Shown piece by piece: positions 23,176-36,730 of a stretch of 64,000 bases of DNA. The stretch comes from Lama guanicoe (taxonomy: Eukaryota). Positions within the stretch are counted from its first letter, which is position 1, and each line of letters starts with the position of its first letter. A program made the translations under genes and the position numbers. Location of the stretch: assembly GCA_013239625.1 (NCBI GenBank), contig MU054466.1, positions 992,001 through 1,056,000 of the forward strand, written 5' to 3'. The notes below the pieces were generated by a model. That model searched no databases, was not told the DNA's origin, and was given only the letters and a program-made list of their open reading frames with translations.

Positions 23176-24620
23176 TTGAAAAGCATCTTAACCGTTGAAA
23201 GAGTGCAGTTTAGTTTCCACGTGTTTGGGGATTTTCCTGTTACCTACTCTGGTTCTGCGTTTGCTTCCACTGTGGTTGTAGAATTCACCGTGTGCGATCC
23301 CACGGCTCTCAGACGCGCTGCGGTTTGCTCTATGGTGCGGGACGAGGTCTGCTGTGGTGTGTCCCTGGGGCATGGAGAGGGTGCACGGTGCGCAGCTGTG
23401 CGGAGCTGCTGCAAAAGCCAGACGCAGCCCAGCTGGACACGTGCTCCAGGGAACGTTCCCGGGTTGGCTCCGACGGGTCCTGCCACGTACTGAGAAGGGA
23501 GGAGTGATGGCTCCTCCCCCTCCCCTGCAGCTCCCCCGGTTTCCGGCTTCTGTGTGTTCAAATGCTGGTACGGGGTGAGCGAACACCACGACCACATCCC
23601 CAAACGAGGGGACTCCTTTGGCCTCAGGAGACGACACGTTACCCGGTGACACCCTCGGGCTGACGACTGCCGGCCGTGTTAACAGGGGCACTCAGCCTTC
23701 ATCTACCCAGTGGTCACACGATGTAGCTTCACGTCTAATCTATTCGTGTCTTCTATGCAAAGTGCGTTTCTCTTAGGCTCATTTGGTTGGTTCTTTTTTC
23801 TTTTAAACCCAGCCTGACAATCTCTGCCGTCTAACTGGGCACCTAGACCATTCACACTGTGATTACTGAAGTCAGGCTGCAGTCCTGCGTTTTCCAAAGT
23901 TATCTGCCCCGGGTACGGATTTGCGGGACACTGAGGACGCAGCCCGCTGTTCCGGGGCCATTACCGCACCCGACAGGCGCCCGCTGTCGCCCTGACTTGG
24001 CTTCTCTGTGTCTGCGCTTGCTGGCTGCTTTTGAGCCCCTGGATCCATGTCGTCTTTTAGCGCCTTGACGAGCAGGCGCCCTGGTGCCGCCTTCTCCGCT
24101 CCTCGTGCTTGGGCTTGTGGGCTTCCCAGGTCTGCGGGTTTATACTTTTCATCAAACTTGAGGCTCTCTTAGCCATTATTCCTTCAAATGTTTCCTCCGC
24201 CAGCCCCCTCTGGGGCTCCAAATACATGTTGCAGGTCATTGGCAGCCGCCCCACGACTTGGAGGCGCTCCCTTCGTTGCACAGAGGGGCCTCTGCTCACT
24301 GCGCTTCTTTTTGGAGAGTTTTTATTCCTGTGTCTTTAAGTTCACTGATTTTCCTTCTGCAAAGCTCAGCTGGTTGCTCATCCCACCCAGCACACGTTCC
24401 CGGCCACGCCTGCAGTCTTCATCTCCAGAACTCTGAGCTGGGTCCTTTTAGCACCTTCCACGTCTCAGTGGAGCTTTTCACGTGGAACAGACTTCTCATG
24501 ACTGTTCCAACGTCCCTGTCTGATCATTCTACCGTCTGTGACAGTCCAGGAGAGGTTCTGGGGGGCTGACTTCTTTCTCCTCATGATGGACCATGTTTCC
24601 CTGCTTCTTCACATGCCCGG
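23176..24620 (-). mobile_element. Old L1 remnant: ORF1 piece and ORF2 endonuclease; upstream part of the interrupted element
   Basis: ORF 23703..23897 (SVNGLGAQLDGRDCQAGFKRK...DTNRLDVK, endonuclease N-terminus like) and ORF 24057..24299 (TFEGIMAKRASSLMKSINPQ, ORF1 like). Confidence 0.7.
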
Positions 24621-26684
24621 TCACTGCTGCTGGTGGCAGTGAGAGTACAGCAACGTGAGGCGCGGGGGATGCGGGGGGAGACCCTCCGGGACCCGGCTCC
24701 GCGGACAAGACGGGGGCCCCGAGGCGTCAGGAAAGGGCTCGCCGAAGGTGCTGTCCCGAGGCACCTTCTCAGCACATCAGGGCCCCCACAGCACATGTCA
24801 CCCCTCAAGTGGCGCACGGTCCCCCGGGCCTGCCGCCCTTTCCTGAATGCCACCCTCCCCAAGGCTGAAGTCCTTCCCGTCCCCTGCATCCCAGGAGCCC
24901 CTCCCGTGATGGCCTCGGCTGGGACTGCAGCCTTGGCGGCCCCGCCCTCCCAGCCCTGGGAAGCCCCGGGAGGTGGGCAGCTCCCTGGCAGGGGATGTGG
25001 AGTGCTGGGGCGCTGGAGTGCCTCACTGTGCCCCCGGCCCTCAGGGAGGCCACGTCGAGGACCCCTCCGGGAGCTAGGGGCTCCACGTGAGGACGCGGGG
25101 CCAGAACAACTCCTGAGAAACACCCCGAATTCAGTCTCGTGGGGACTCGGCCAGGGTGGCGGCGGGAGGGAAGGAAGACGTACAACATTCAGTCTCAGCC
25201 GGAACATGGAGCCGCCTCGCAGTGGGGTGACTGCCTTCAGACAACAGGCGCCACGAGCTGGGTAAGCGGCCAGCTCGCAGGGCGGCCCCGGCACCCGTGG
25301 CGCTTACAGAGCGCTGACGGCGAGGACACTTCCTCAGCTCCTCCAGCGTCATTAAACGTGGGACCCAGCACAGAGCAGACGGTGAGCACGGGCCCGAGAC
25401 ACCCCAAGAGCAGGTGTGACAGACGCGCTGCAGGACCGAGGGCTCGGGGCCCCTCGGGGCCCCCCGCAGCGGGGGCTCACACGGGCCAGGGCCTCTGGCG
25501 GTTTCGAGGCAGCCGTGTGCAGGACCGGTGTGTGAGCATAGTGGGGTCTGTCACCTCCGGGCCAGCAGTGCTGGCGTGGGAGCCCGAGGGTGTGAGCGGC
25601 ACAGAGTCCCGGGCAGTGGGCGGTGGCAGTGGCGCAGGGGCCTGGACGGAGGAGGGGCCGACACACTGAGCCGAGGCCCCCACCCCCTCCTCCTGCGGAG
25701 CCGGGACCGGCCTCCACTCTGCACGGTGATGCCCCGCCTCCTGCCCCCTGCTCTGCGGCTCTGCTGGACCCCCCTCCCGTGGGTGGAAAGGGCACCACGC
25801 AGATCACGGCGCTTGCATGACAGATTTGCTACAGGATCCTGGGCAGCTCCTTAAATGACCATTTTCTTATCCGCAAATAACGTGCGAGGTCACACTGACA
25901 GCCTGGAGCTGATGTGAGAATCGAGATTCTTCACAGCAAAGCCCTTGGCCCTGGGCGACACCCACACTCACGTGGGCACCCAGTGGGCGGCTCGAGGTCC
26001 CACCCGAAGCTCGGTTCTCGTCTCCAACTAGAGACCGTCCAGGTCACTGTTCCGTCACAAGCAGCAGACCCACCCATGGGCGCTGCCCTTCCCCCTGCAG
26101 ACCCTCGGCAGGCCCCCGGCCCCCTCTCTGTGTCGCACCAGGGCTCTGAGGCCGGAATGCCGGCGCGCAGCCACTCTCGGGGCCTGTGTCCCTGCTCCCT
26201 GTGCGCACCCTCAACCCAGAGCCTCCTTCTTCGTGTCCTGTAACCCAACGCCCCAGCCTCCCCTTGACAATCCCCGTCCACCCTCTCTTCTCCCCGAGCC
26301 TTCGTGTCCACGGGCCCCTCGAGGACTCACTGTCTCATCACCGGGTGGACGGGCCTGTCTTCATCGCCCGGACCACGCACGAGGCTTCATCACTGGGGTC
26401 TCCCCCACTGTGGCCGCCTGCCCCTCTGTCACCTACACAGCCAGCCCTCCACACAGGCTCAAGCTCACACCCACCCGGCCCCGTACCGCTGCCCCTCCCG
26501 CCCCCAGGCCACCTCCACAAGGAAGCAGGTGGTCATTGCTGACTGGAGGGTGGCTGTGGGCAGGAGGGGGCAGCACACCAGAGACAACAGGTGAGTGGAG
26601 GGCTGGGGGGACAGACCAGGGCTGGGCCCCCTCCCGGGAGGGAGGTGGTGGAAGGCGGAGGCCGGGGAGGACAGTGGTACTCAC

Positions 26685-26795
26685 GCTGTCCACGGCGAGG
26701 ATCTTGGCCCAGATGAAGACGAGGAGGGGCCGCAGCTCCCGGGCCGAGCTCTGGAGCAGCTTCAGCACGTAGGGGAAGATGCCCACAGACAAGGC
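26685..26795 (-). CDS. RPTOR: RPTOR exon 13 equivalent (111 nt): [37 protein letters not shown]
   Basis: Acceptor ctcccacag|GCC, donor AGC|gtgagt; peptide within ORF 26433..26906. Confidence 0.97.
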
Positions 26796-28588
26796 CTGTG
26801 GGAGGGGGAGTGTGAGCCTCGGCGGGGGCAGGGCACGGCGCCCTGGTTCCCCAGGGACGGTGCCCGCCTCACCCCGACCCTTCCCGGGGGCCTGCCTGAT
26901 CCGCAACCTGCAGCTGGTCTAGGGTGGCTTTCCCCATGGGGACCTGTGGCTCCTGGGACCCACCGTCCCTGCCCTCGGGGGCCCTGTCTGCTCTCAGCAC
27001 CAAACCCCAGGCCCCTGAAGGGTGATCGCCACACGGGGACCCTGTCTGGGCCTCCATCTCTTGCCTACCGGTCGCCCTGGAGGCAGATGGTCAGAGGGGC
27101 TGGGAGTAAGGGGGGAGCGGGTGTCTCTGAGCAGGAAACCGGGCGAAGCTCATTACGTCAGTCACCTTGGCTCTGCTCTGCCCACATCTGAAACTTCTCG
27201 GAATTCTAATGACATCCCAAGGCACCCCCTTTCAGGACAGCTAGGGGGTGGTGCCCAGCCCAGTGGCCCACGGCAGGCCCGGGTCCCTGCTTGTTAACGA
27301 GGGGCAAACGTCGGTTTCTCGTGGTCAGGCCCTCACCTAGGGGCCTAACCTGTACCTGTCACAACACCTCATTACCTGGCACCTCTTCGCACATGGGCAC
27401 AATTTCCAACTAACACAAGCTTAACTCTTTAAAGGGCCAAAATTAGCTTGAAAAAGTTGACCATATAAACGAGGCTCCCTCTGAAACGTCACTAATGCAC
27501 GTTTCCCCGTCTCTGAAGGAGCACGAGTGAGGCGGCCGAGGCCCTTCCGCAGCGGTGCAGCGGCAGCAGGTGCACGGGTCCTGGCTGGCCACGAGGTTAG
27601 GGGACGCCTGGGCCTCCACTGCGCGCACCTGCCACGCGCTCTTCGTGCTCAGGCCCCTCGGGGTACCGGGCTGGTGCTGGGCGCGGAAAGGTTCTTCCTG
27701 CTTCTCAGTCTACCCTCTTCTCCTTCAGTGCTGAGCTACAACGACCACTCTTGGTCGACAGTACATCACGAAACAGCTTAAGTGCACACAAATGGAGCTG
27801 AAATGACCCGAGACCTCCCATGTGCCCAGCGCCCAGCGCCACCGTCACCCAGCGGCCTGGCATCCTGACTGGCCCGGCCCACTGGCCCCTCGCATGCCCT
27901 CGTGATTTCTTTGGTAAACAGTGTTCATCTCTAAAAAACAAGGCCACGTTTACGAAAACATGACCACATACCACTACCACACGTGAAAAAACGGACAATT
28001 ATTCTTTAATAACATAAAATAGTTCATGTAAAACTTCTAACTGCTTCACGAAGGTTAATTGCCCGATTTTAGCTTTCACACTTTGATTTGCAAACAGAGC
28101 CAAATACGCTGCAAACGCTGCAGCTGGTGTGGGGGCTCCCGGCTCTGCCCTGGCCTCCAGGCCCCTCTCAGCACCTCTTTCCCTCGTGTTCACTAAGTGG
28201 ACCCCTGGGCTCTATTTTTGTCGGTGTTTTGTTTTAAATGGCCGTTTCCACTCTTTCGTAGAATGAATGATAGAAAAGCGTTTCAGAATTGTGCCTAAAA
28301 TCTGAGTGACTGTCCTGAGAGAACACGAGCCACATGTGGCCGGGCCAGCCCGTCCCTGACAAGCGTCCATCAAGGACCCTTTCCATCCTCAAAGGCGAAG
28401 CCTCACAGCAGACGGAAAAGGGGCCCCCGACGGCGACAAGGAAGGCGCACAGGGTGTGGCCCATGGGGGCCTGCGGGCTCACCGGTCACCCCCATGGCCG
28501 CCCTCGGCCACACGGCCAAGGCCCCTGGACTCCGTGACGGTAACGTGGGTCCGGTGGGCCCCCCCGCCCCCCAGCAGGAAGCACGCAC

Positions 28589-28672
28589 CAGGCTCACCGC
28601 CCAGGGACCCAGGTCCAGGAACCTCCCCAGCAAGTCCAGGGCCCTCAGCCGGTGCACCTGGCTCAGCAGCAC
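28589..28672 (-). CDS. RPTOR: RPTOR exon 12 equivalent (84 nt): [28 protein letters not shown]
   Basis: Acceptor cgtttcag|GTG, donor CTG|gtgcgt; peptide within ORF 28403..28960. Confidence 0.97.
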
Positions 28673-29019
28673 CTGAAACGAGAGGGGCGGCGTGAGCGCG
28701 GGCGCTGCTCTTCGCGCGGGCGCGGCTCTCTGCAGACAGGCTGGGGAAACGCCCCCTTCCCCGCAGGAGGGGCGCCTGGAGAAAGCAGGACAGACGCTTC
28801 TCAGCGTGTTTAAGGAAGAGCTCGTTGACGACACAGGACACCGACCTCCAGACGCGGCTCTCTGTGTGCGCGCCTCCCCGCTACTCCGTGCTCGCGGGTG
28901 CACCGCTGCGCCTCTCGCCCCCTCGCTGACTGCAAGAGACACAGCGACTCTCCCCCACACCCCTGGACACGCCTGACCGGCACACTGCCGACGGCAGCAC
29001 CGAGCTTCATGGCTGTGAA

Positions 29020-29640
29020 CGTGCGCAATTCACTTAGTCTCCCCGCTGCCAGATATTTAAGTTGTTGTCAAATTTCTGCTGTTATAAACAGCACTACGAT
29101 AAATACCGTTAGGGTGTATCTGCACGTTTATGTGGCTCCCCTCAGGACAAACCTGTGAAGTCAAGTCACAGGGTCAGAGCACACACACTTGTATCGCCAG
29201 GCTGACCGCCAAGCAGCGTCACGTCCGCGCCGGTGCCACGAGCTGGGTGGCCTTGGGCAAAAACTTCTCAGAACCTTAATCTCTTAATTCATACGAAACA
29301 CAGGACTCACCTACACGGGTTCCATTAAATGTCAGACTAAAAGCTCCCAGGAAACACTCGTTCATATTACACTATTACTTGCTTACACGATGGATAATAA
29401 TAGAATGCCCTTTAAATCTGAATTTCTTTGATTACAAGTGAGGCTGAGTATTTCCTCATAGGTTAATTGGCTGTTTCTCGAGTAAACTGGTGCGCGTGCC
29501 CTTCTCTCCCCCCAAGCATCTGGCTTGTTCTTACTGACATGAAAGAATTCTTTGTAGATTAACACCAGCCACCTCCGCCGCGCACTTCCCTCTTTTCTCC
29601 TGTGTTGTATCAGTTCTCAGCTCTCATGGAGTCACCTTAC
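29020..29640 (-). mobile_element. Ancient L1ME-like 3' fragment, interrupted by a probable MIR at about 29230-29380
   Basis: gatatttaagttgttgtcaaatttctgctgttataaacagcact motif; ORF 29383..29565 LIYKEFFHVSK resembles the ORF2 C-terminal region; MIR-like gctgggtggccttgggcaa. Confidence 0.55.
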
Positions 29641-32600
29641 TGGCTCTTCCCCATGGTGTGTACGTGCACCAGTCCCCGGGGTGAACGCACACGCCGCGAT
29701 TCCCAGTCGTCCCAAGGGCGTGGGGCACTTACCGTGTGCGGCCGCCGGGCTGGGTGCTGGGGCCACTGGGACCAGCAGGCCCACTCCTGGCACGACACCC
29801 AGCGCTGCAGAGCAGGGGTCACACGGCCGCACTGCAGTAACCACTGTGACAGCAGACCCACAGCCTGGGCCGCCCCCTACTCTGGGGGTCTGAAGGCTCT
29901 CCCTCCCAGTGGGCGCCGTGGGGGTCCCCGGGTCCCAGGCAGAGGGGCTGGGAAAGCTGGGGCTGTCCGAGGAAGGGCAGGTGGCCAGTCTGATGGGGGC
30001 GGCTCCAGAACCAGCCAGGCCTGCACACCAAGCTACACACCAAGTCTTTCCTAAGACAAGCCGCAGGTGAGCTGTCCAGCATGCCTGCCGTGGGACAGGA
30101 TGGCAGGAGGCCAGGGGACCCGGCTGCCGCCATGACCGATGGGGAGAAAGACATTCCAAGACAGCCAGCAGGCACAACTGACCGGAGGGTGGAGTCAGGG
30201 AAAGGAGACGCGGGGAACAAGGCTGGGAAGGAGGCGAGAGGGAAGGAGCAACGGACATGCCAGCCGGCACGGGGCGGGTGAGAGGGGGAAGCTGGGCAGA
30301 GGGGTGGAGGGAGGGGCTGGAGGCAGGACAGGGGAAGGGTGAGTTTTAGCTGTGTGCCTGCCCCTGGGAGGTGTCGGCAGCCGGAGGTGTGAGAAGAGGA
30401 ACTCGGGCCACGGGGACGTGGACCCCGGGGGAGCGGGCCTGGCGGGAGAGCGGAGATGGCACAGACAGAGCAGCAGTGAGGGGCGAACGCGGGCTGGTGG
30501 GAGCTCGTTGCAGGGGGGAGTCACCAGATGGGGGACAGAGAGGCAGCGAGAGAGGCTGGAGGGAGCAGAAGGAGGGGAGGGGTCTCCAGAGGGAGGCTGG
30601 GGGGCTCCCCGGGGGCGAGCAGCCTGTGACTGCAGAGGAGCCAAGCAGGCATCTCTGGCTGGTGGGCCGCCCACGGTTGGGAGCGGGAGGCCGGCTGCAG
30701 CCACCGGAGGGTGAGCTGTCTCCCACTGGCTGGGGGCCTGTGTCCCTGCCACGGCTGCGAGGGGGACGCCAGGGGGCATGCTTTGTGTTTGGAGATGCTG
30801 GGGGTCTCTGACTAAGGAGCTGGGAGGTGGCTGGGGGCTGTTCACGGGGCGTCTGACCTGACCTGATCCTCTCCTGCTTAGCCCAGGGCTATCACGGGCC
30901 CCGCGGTCGGGAAGGCAGGTCAGACAGCGGGAAAGTGCAAGCTTTGGGGGCAAGTGGCCCGACCGGCTCACTTCCTGCCAGTGTGGCTCCAATCACACCC
31001 CCAGGGAACTTCGGGGTTCTCATCCACAGGTCAGAGATCGTGACACGTGGCTTGTTTTCAGAGTGAAAGCGGACGCAGCGGGCACAGTGCTGGCAGGCGT
31101 GAGGCCTGTGAACGTCCCCGCCGCCATCCCAGCACCCAGCCACGGGTGTCTCCATCGCTCAGAGGTGACTGCATTGGCTATATTCGTCCTTAAAGAAAAC
31201 GGAGCTGCCAGAGGTTCAAGTTTCTAGACGGGCCAGGATGAGCTGAGTCTCGGGCTGTGAAAGGAGGTGTAATTCGTCAAAAATCAAACACATCTAGCGC
31301 TGGCAAAGGTTCTGTTTTCTCTCAGTCGCTTTGTTGTTTAAAACGCTGCCACGGGAATAAAACTCAGTTTTTCAAGGAAATAGTAGAGCCATCTGCAGTG
31401 GAAGAGAAGGCCACGGGGCCGAGAAACCGAACAGCGCGGCGTCTGTATCACCTGCTCTCCGCGTGCACCGCCCAGCAGTGACGGGCGTCCCTCCGGGGTC
31501 TTGTTTACGACAGCAGAAGTAGAAGGGGAAACCAGGCCATGTCCCTGCCCCCGCCGCGCTGGTGAGACGCCCGGGAAGCATGGGGGGGCAGCCCCCGCGC
31601 CAGAGACGCAGCATCCGGAGACGCTCGGCGACGCCGGGCTTCGTGCGGCGGGGACTGAGCAGCGGCAGGGAGCCCTGGTTGAACGTCTGGTGTTGGTTCC
31701 TAAACGGGACGTCTTCCTTCCAACTCCTTCTGCTGATTTACGTTGTTAAAAGGCTGAAGCCCGATACAAAATTAATTTTGCTTGTGTTTGTACTTAAATC
31801 CCTGTTTTGGTGCACCTGGCCCTGGGGAAGTCCCAGAGATCAGCGTGGCGAGCTCAGTGAGGGACTGGGTTTCCTCTGTCTGTCACAAACTGAAGATTAA
31901 TCGTGATGACACGAACACCCAGACCAACACTGAGCTGCCGGGGAGCCACCTTCCATTTGCCTCATGCTCAGGGCCGCGTGCGGGTCTCTGGGCTGAGAGC
32001 GCCGGGCAGAGCTGCTTCCTGAAAACAGCCTCGCAAGCCCTGCCCGGTGTGGGGGACGCGACGGGCCAGCGCCTGGGGGCCCGGGATCAGAGGTTCTGGA
32101 GCCAGCGATGCACTAATGTGTGTCACGGCAACACCCAGTTGCCATCCGGCTGCCACTCCCTCACAGCCCTGTACTTTCATACCAAGAATTCGGTCTGTAA
32201 ATGAAATGGCGCCGTGAAAGCAAACAGGGCTTCCTGATGAAACACCCACCCTGAGCTGCAGGGCCCCTGGAAGGTCTCGCCTTCCCTCCGGTGCTTCCTG
32301 CTCCGCCTGAGGCTTCTGGGCCCCTGGGTCCCCGGGCCCCGTGGAGTGCGGACAGCCTCATCGAGCGCAGGCAGGGCCACCAGGCCAGGAGGCCACGCGG
32401 CCCGGCAGCGCTGCGGGCCTCGAGAACCCTCCTTCCTACCCCTTCTGTCGACTTGTATTTTTAAAAGGTGAAAAAGGCCACCAGGGCTGGTGAGCAAAGG
32501 CGTACTTCGAGGTGTACAGCTGCACGAGGGGCTGGGGCCTGAGCGGAGCAGCCACTAGCCCTGGTGGCCTCAGCCTGAGCTTCTGGGTGGGAGCGCCCGC

Positions 32601-33189
32601 CCCGGCAGTGGACAGAGGACCGGGGACTGGAGGGCCGCGACGTCCCCGATGAGCGTTCTCTCCTGACTCCCCGAGGCACTGGGGGTATTTCACGGATAAC
32701 GGGGCCCAGGTTCTGGCACACTAATGGAATTAATGAGAAAGGGGGGGACTCCGTGGGCAGCGACGCACAGCACCACGGGGCACAGCCTCCCGGGAAGTGC
32801 GGAGGTGACGGCGGCCAGGCCGGTTCGTCAACAACCCACGGGTGCCGGGTGTGGCGCCCACGACCGCCTGTTTATAACTTGCTCAGCCTCTCCCCTTCCC
32901 CCGGGGGTCGATTTGCACGTCTCGTCCTCCCAAAGAGAAGGGGCAATGGTGCCTGGAGCCACGCTGGCTAGGAGCTCGCTGGAGCAGCAATGGGGGGAGG
33001 CGGGGCCCCGACCACACCCCAAATCAGTGCTTCATGGAGGGCAGAGAAGGAGCCTCGGTGACTCGGCCAGGGGAGCCCCAGCAAGGCAAGGATGCTTCCG
33101 CACCAAAGGCTTCTGGAGGGAGCCGCACACACGGCTGGGGTGGACGAGGCCCCGGGAGGCCCCGAGCTGGCCGACCTGAAGAAACTCAC

Positions 33190-33291
33190 CTGTAAAACGA
33201 TGGGAAGCTGCTCAGGTGGGTTCCTGTTCTCCACGCCCATCGTGAGCCACACCTGGAAGGCGGTCAGCTGCTCAGCAAAGAAGGGGCTGTG
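33190..33291 (-). CDS. RPTOR: RPTOR exon 11 equivalent (102 nt): [34 protein letters not shown]
   Basis: Acceptor ctcccacag|CAC, donor CAG|gtgagt; peptide within ORF 32968..34221. Confidence 0.97.
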
Positions 33292-35454
33292 CTGTGGGAG
33301 GAGCAGAGCGTTAGTCGGGCCCCGGCTCCTTCCGCAGCCCGGCCCTGCACTCCCGCCCGCCACCCACTCGGGGCAGCGTGGCAGAGGAGGTGAGAGGCAG
33401 GCCGTGTGGGCGCCAGACGCGGTGGATGGGGAAGCCGGTCCCGTGAACTGAGGTGGGAAGACTGTGGGGGAGGACGCGGGGAATTCAGCCTGGACGCCTG
33501 AGTTCAGGGCCTGCTGGATGCGCGTGAGGACGTGGGGGCCACTACACGAGCCCACGGTTCGGGGGCAGGTCTGGGCTGAGACACAGATCCAGCTGGAAGG
33601 TAGGTGAGAACGAGAAGTGACCCTGGGCCGAGCCCTGTGCCCCAGTGGTGAGGAGCAGAGGTGGGGGGGACCCACCGCGAGACAGAGGTCCCAGAGACTG
33701 CTGAGGATGTAACGGGGTTCCCTGGGGGTGGGCAGACACACAGCCCGACTGGGCTCAAAACCCGAGAGAGGACGACTCGGAGACGCAAGAACAGTCTTTC
33801 GAAGGAACGTGGCTGCAGGAGGAGGCGGGGCGTGGAGGGGGCTGATGGGGAAGGAGGGTCGGTGGGGGGGTGGCCAGGAATTTCTTCTCAGAGGTGGGAG
33901 CGCATGGCGTACTTGTGAGGAAGGAGCTGCTGGCGGGGGAGGCAGGGGCTGGGTGGGGGCCCCGGCAGGCAGGCGGGTGGCGCGTGGCCCTCCGGGATTG
34001 GGGCACAGGGACGTGGCTGATGTGGCGGGACTCCCAGAGGCGCCGCCTGTGGCTCCTGTCTCCGGGAGGTTGGGGGGGTGCCACAGTCGGGTGGAGGGGA
34101 GCGGGAGTGGGGCATATCCAATTAGCCCACCAGGCAGTGGGGTGTGGAGGGCGGCCTGTGCCCACGCTTGCGCCAAGGAGGGGTGGCCCTGACTGGTGAC
34201 GACCCGGGCCAGGGAAACCACAAAGGCAGTGGCTCAGGAAGGGGGTGCCCAGGGCGGTGGAGGGAGGTCTGGGGACTGAGAGTCCAAGTAGGGGGACCGC
34301 TGAGCTTTCTGTCTCCCAGGGTCCTTTCCCCTAAACACGCGGTCGGTCCTGCTGCCCCCGAGCCTCAAACAGAAGGAATTCCAAATCTCTGCACCCCGCC
34401 CACTGCTCTTGGCCGCAGTCTTTGCCTCCCCCCAGGGAGAGCGGGTGTCCGTGTGTGAGGGAGGAGGGTGGGAAGGCCGGGATGCGGGCCGTGACTCCCA
34501 GGTTCTGGCAGGTGCAGGCACGTGCGTGTGCGGACTCCATAAGCCGTGGGCAGGGCTCTGCGCACCCGGGAGCCAGACTCCAGGGCACTCACGCCGTGCC
34601 TTCCAGACGCCCGGGGCTCAGAGCCACAGCGCTCTCACAAAAAGTCAGCCTCACACGAGAATTCGGCAGAGAACTCTCACACTTGGGGATTCAAGTTCTT
34701 GCCAAGTCAGCTCACGTGGAGCCAGTCGGACCTGGAGGACGACCTGTAACTGGAACACAGCCCCCAAAGTGGTCTCCTCGCTTGTGAGTGTGAGTTGCCT
34801 GCAAGCTGGTTTGGAAACACAAGCCTGCGAAGGGCTCCCTGCCCGCACCTGCAGGAGGCCAGCGGGGCAGGGAGCGAGCGAGCCCGTGGGTCTGGGAGGG
34901 AGGGGAGGTGGAGTCAGCTTTGCCCTGCGGATGCAAACACGCTGCTCTGTGCCCAGACAGACAGAGGAGCCCGGCCTCTGCCCTACAGCTGACTGAGTGC
35001 GTGCGAGGCTGCGCTCCTCAAAGCAGTGGGAAGCTGACACGTGAGACCAGCCGCCCAGCAGAAGCAGGACTTGCACTCCAAACACCACCACGGAGCAGCT
35101 CAAGGGCTGCCCCAGGACGCACAGGCGATGCCGGGCCAGACCGCACAGCGGCCTCTCAGCATGCCAGCGTGACTGTGCGGACTCTCGGGGGGAGAAACGG
35201 AACCCAGGCTGAGTGTCCTGGAGGAGAGCTCACCTGTCATGCGCGGAGGCTCTGAGTCACGAGCCACGTGTCCTGGGCCTCCCAGGACGATTCTGATGCC
35301 AACTGGTCGGCCCACATGTCACATGGGCCGGGGCCTGAAAGCAGGTGCCAAGGGCCATGGACGGAGAGCAGGGGGGCCCAAAGGGCCCCGCCGGACCACT
35401 GGGCTGATCCCGGTGACCAGAAAACCCACTCCTCTGGGCACGCCTGTCACAAAG

Positions 35455-35625
35455 GCACCAGCGCACCTGGCCGCACCTGTGCACCCGCCTCAGGCCCAAA
35501 ATTTAAGGGGCACCAAAACAACACAGTAATCAAGGTAAAAAAATACCTAATGCAACATTTAAGAAAATAAAAATGACTGTCAAACCCACAGCGACAAAGT
35601 ATCACGGGTCCATATGAAACAGGCC
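35455..35625. mobile_element. hAT-Tip100 DNA transposon remnant (Arthur1-like)
   Basis: caaaatttaaggggcaccaaaacaacacagtaatcaaggtaaaaaaatacctaatgcaacattt resembles the recalled family terminal sequence. Confidence 0.5.
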
Positions 35626-36554
35626 AGCGGGGTGGCGGGGTGGCGGGAGCCGGGGCAGGAGGGGCCCCCAGGGACCCCTGACGTGCGGGTGCCGGACCTG
35701 GTGCCTGCAGACTGTGTGTGTGTTATGCTTCCTAAGGAGTGAAAACCGAATGAAAAAGCTGGTGTGTGGCCGACGTCAGGTCGCCCTCCCCGTCACGGGT
35801 TGGTGAGGTGACTTCCAGATGCAAGAGCGACTGTAGCAGATGGGAAACGCGGGTGAAGAGCCCCGAGGAGAGGCCTGGCCCTGGCGGGGGAGGGCACGGG
35901 ACCCGTGCGACCCAGCCGGCGGCGTGCAGCGCCGACCCCCTCACACGCAAGGGAGACCAGGCGCGGAGCACAGCGAAGCCCAAGCCGGTGAGGCTTCCTG
36001 AGCCGTGTTTGCGGCAGCGGGCCCGGTCCGCAAGAGTGCGGGCCGGGGGACCGGTCCCTCTGGGCGACGCCAAACACCCGCGGGAACCCAGAGAAGGCCC
36101 TGCCGGCGCCCCTCCGGGGTTCAGAGCCAACACGGGCTTTAGGTGCGCTGAAGGTGTAGGTGGGCGGACAGCGGGCCGAGCCGTGGGCGCAGACCCTCAG
36201 CAGGGGCAGGTGGGGGCTCGCTGCAGAATTCTCCCAACTTTGCTGTGGGCTTGAAAACATCCATGATAAAATATGGAAAGGTTCAAACAATAAAGAGGAA
36301 GGAAAGAGAAGACAGAACAGAGGGAGGACCTCTCAGTCCAGGCACCGCAGCCTTGAGGGGCACTGAAGCCATCTGAGGAGGCACACGCACACGCACACGC
36401 ACACAGCTCACACACCCGCCCCTGACTCAGTACCTTAAGAGCTCCCCTGTGGCCGTGATGTGAACTACAAGTTGAAAACTGTTGCAGTGACCCTCACCTT
36501 CCCCGGACACGGTGCCTCTGACCTTGCTCAAGGGCTGTGTGGACACCAAGGTCC

Positions 36555-36730
36555 AACACACGTCACGCACAGGCTCTGTGCTCCAGGCCTCATGTGTCCC
36601 TTGAATTGGATACAATTATAATTCCTGATTTAAAACAAGGAAACTGAGGCACCGGCAGCAGAAGGCGGGAATAAGCTGCGCACGGGGCCGAGGTGACGGT
36701 GTGAGAGAAGGCCAGTGACTCTGGCCCTGA
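36555..36730 (-). mobile_element. MIR SINE remnant
   Basis: Antisense MIR core ttataattcctgatttaaaacaaggaaactgaggcac. Confidence 0.6.

Noticed and set aside
32968-34221. 417-aa minus-strand ORF
   Set aside because: Only 34 codons (exon 11) are Raptor; the rest is stop-poor intron read-through
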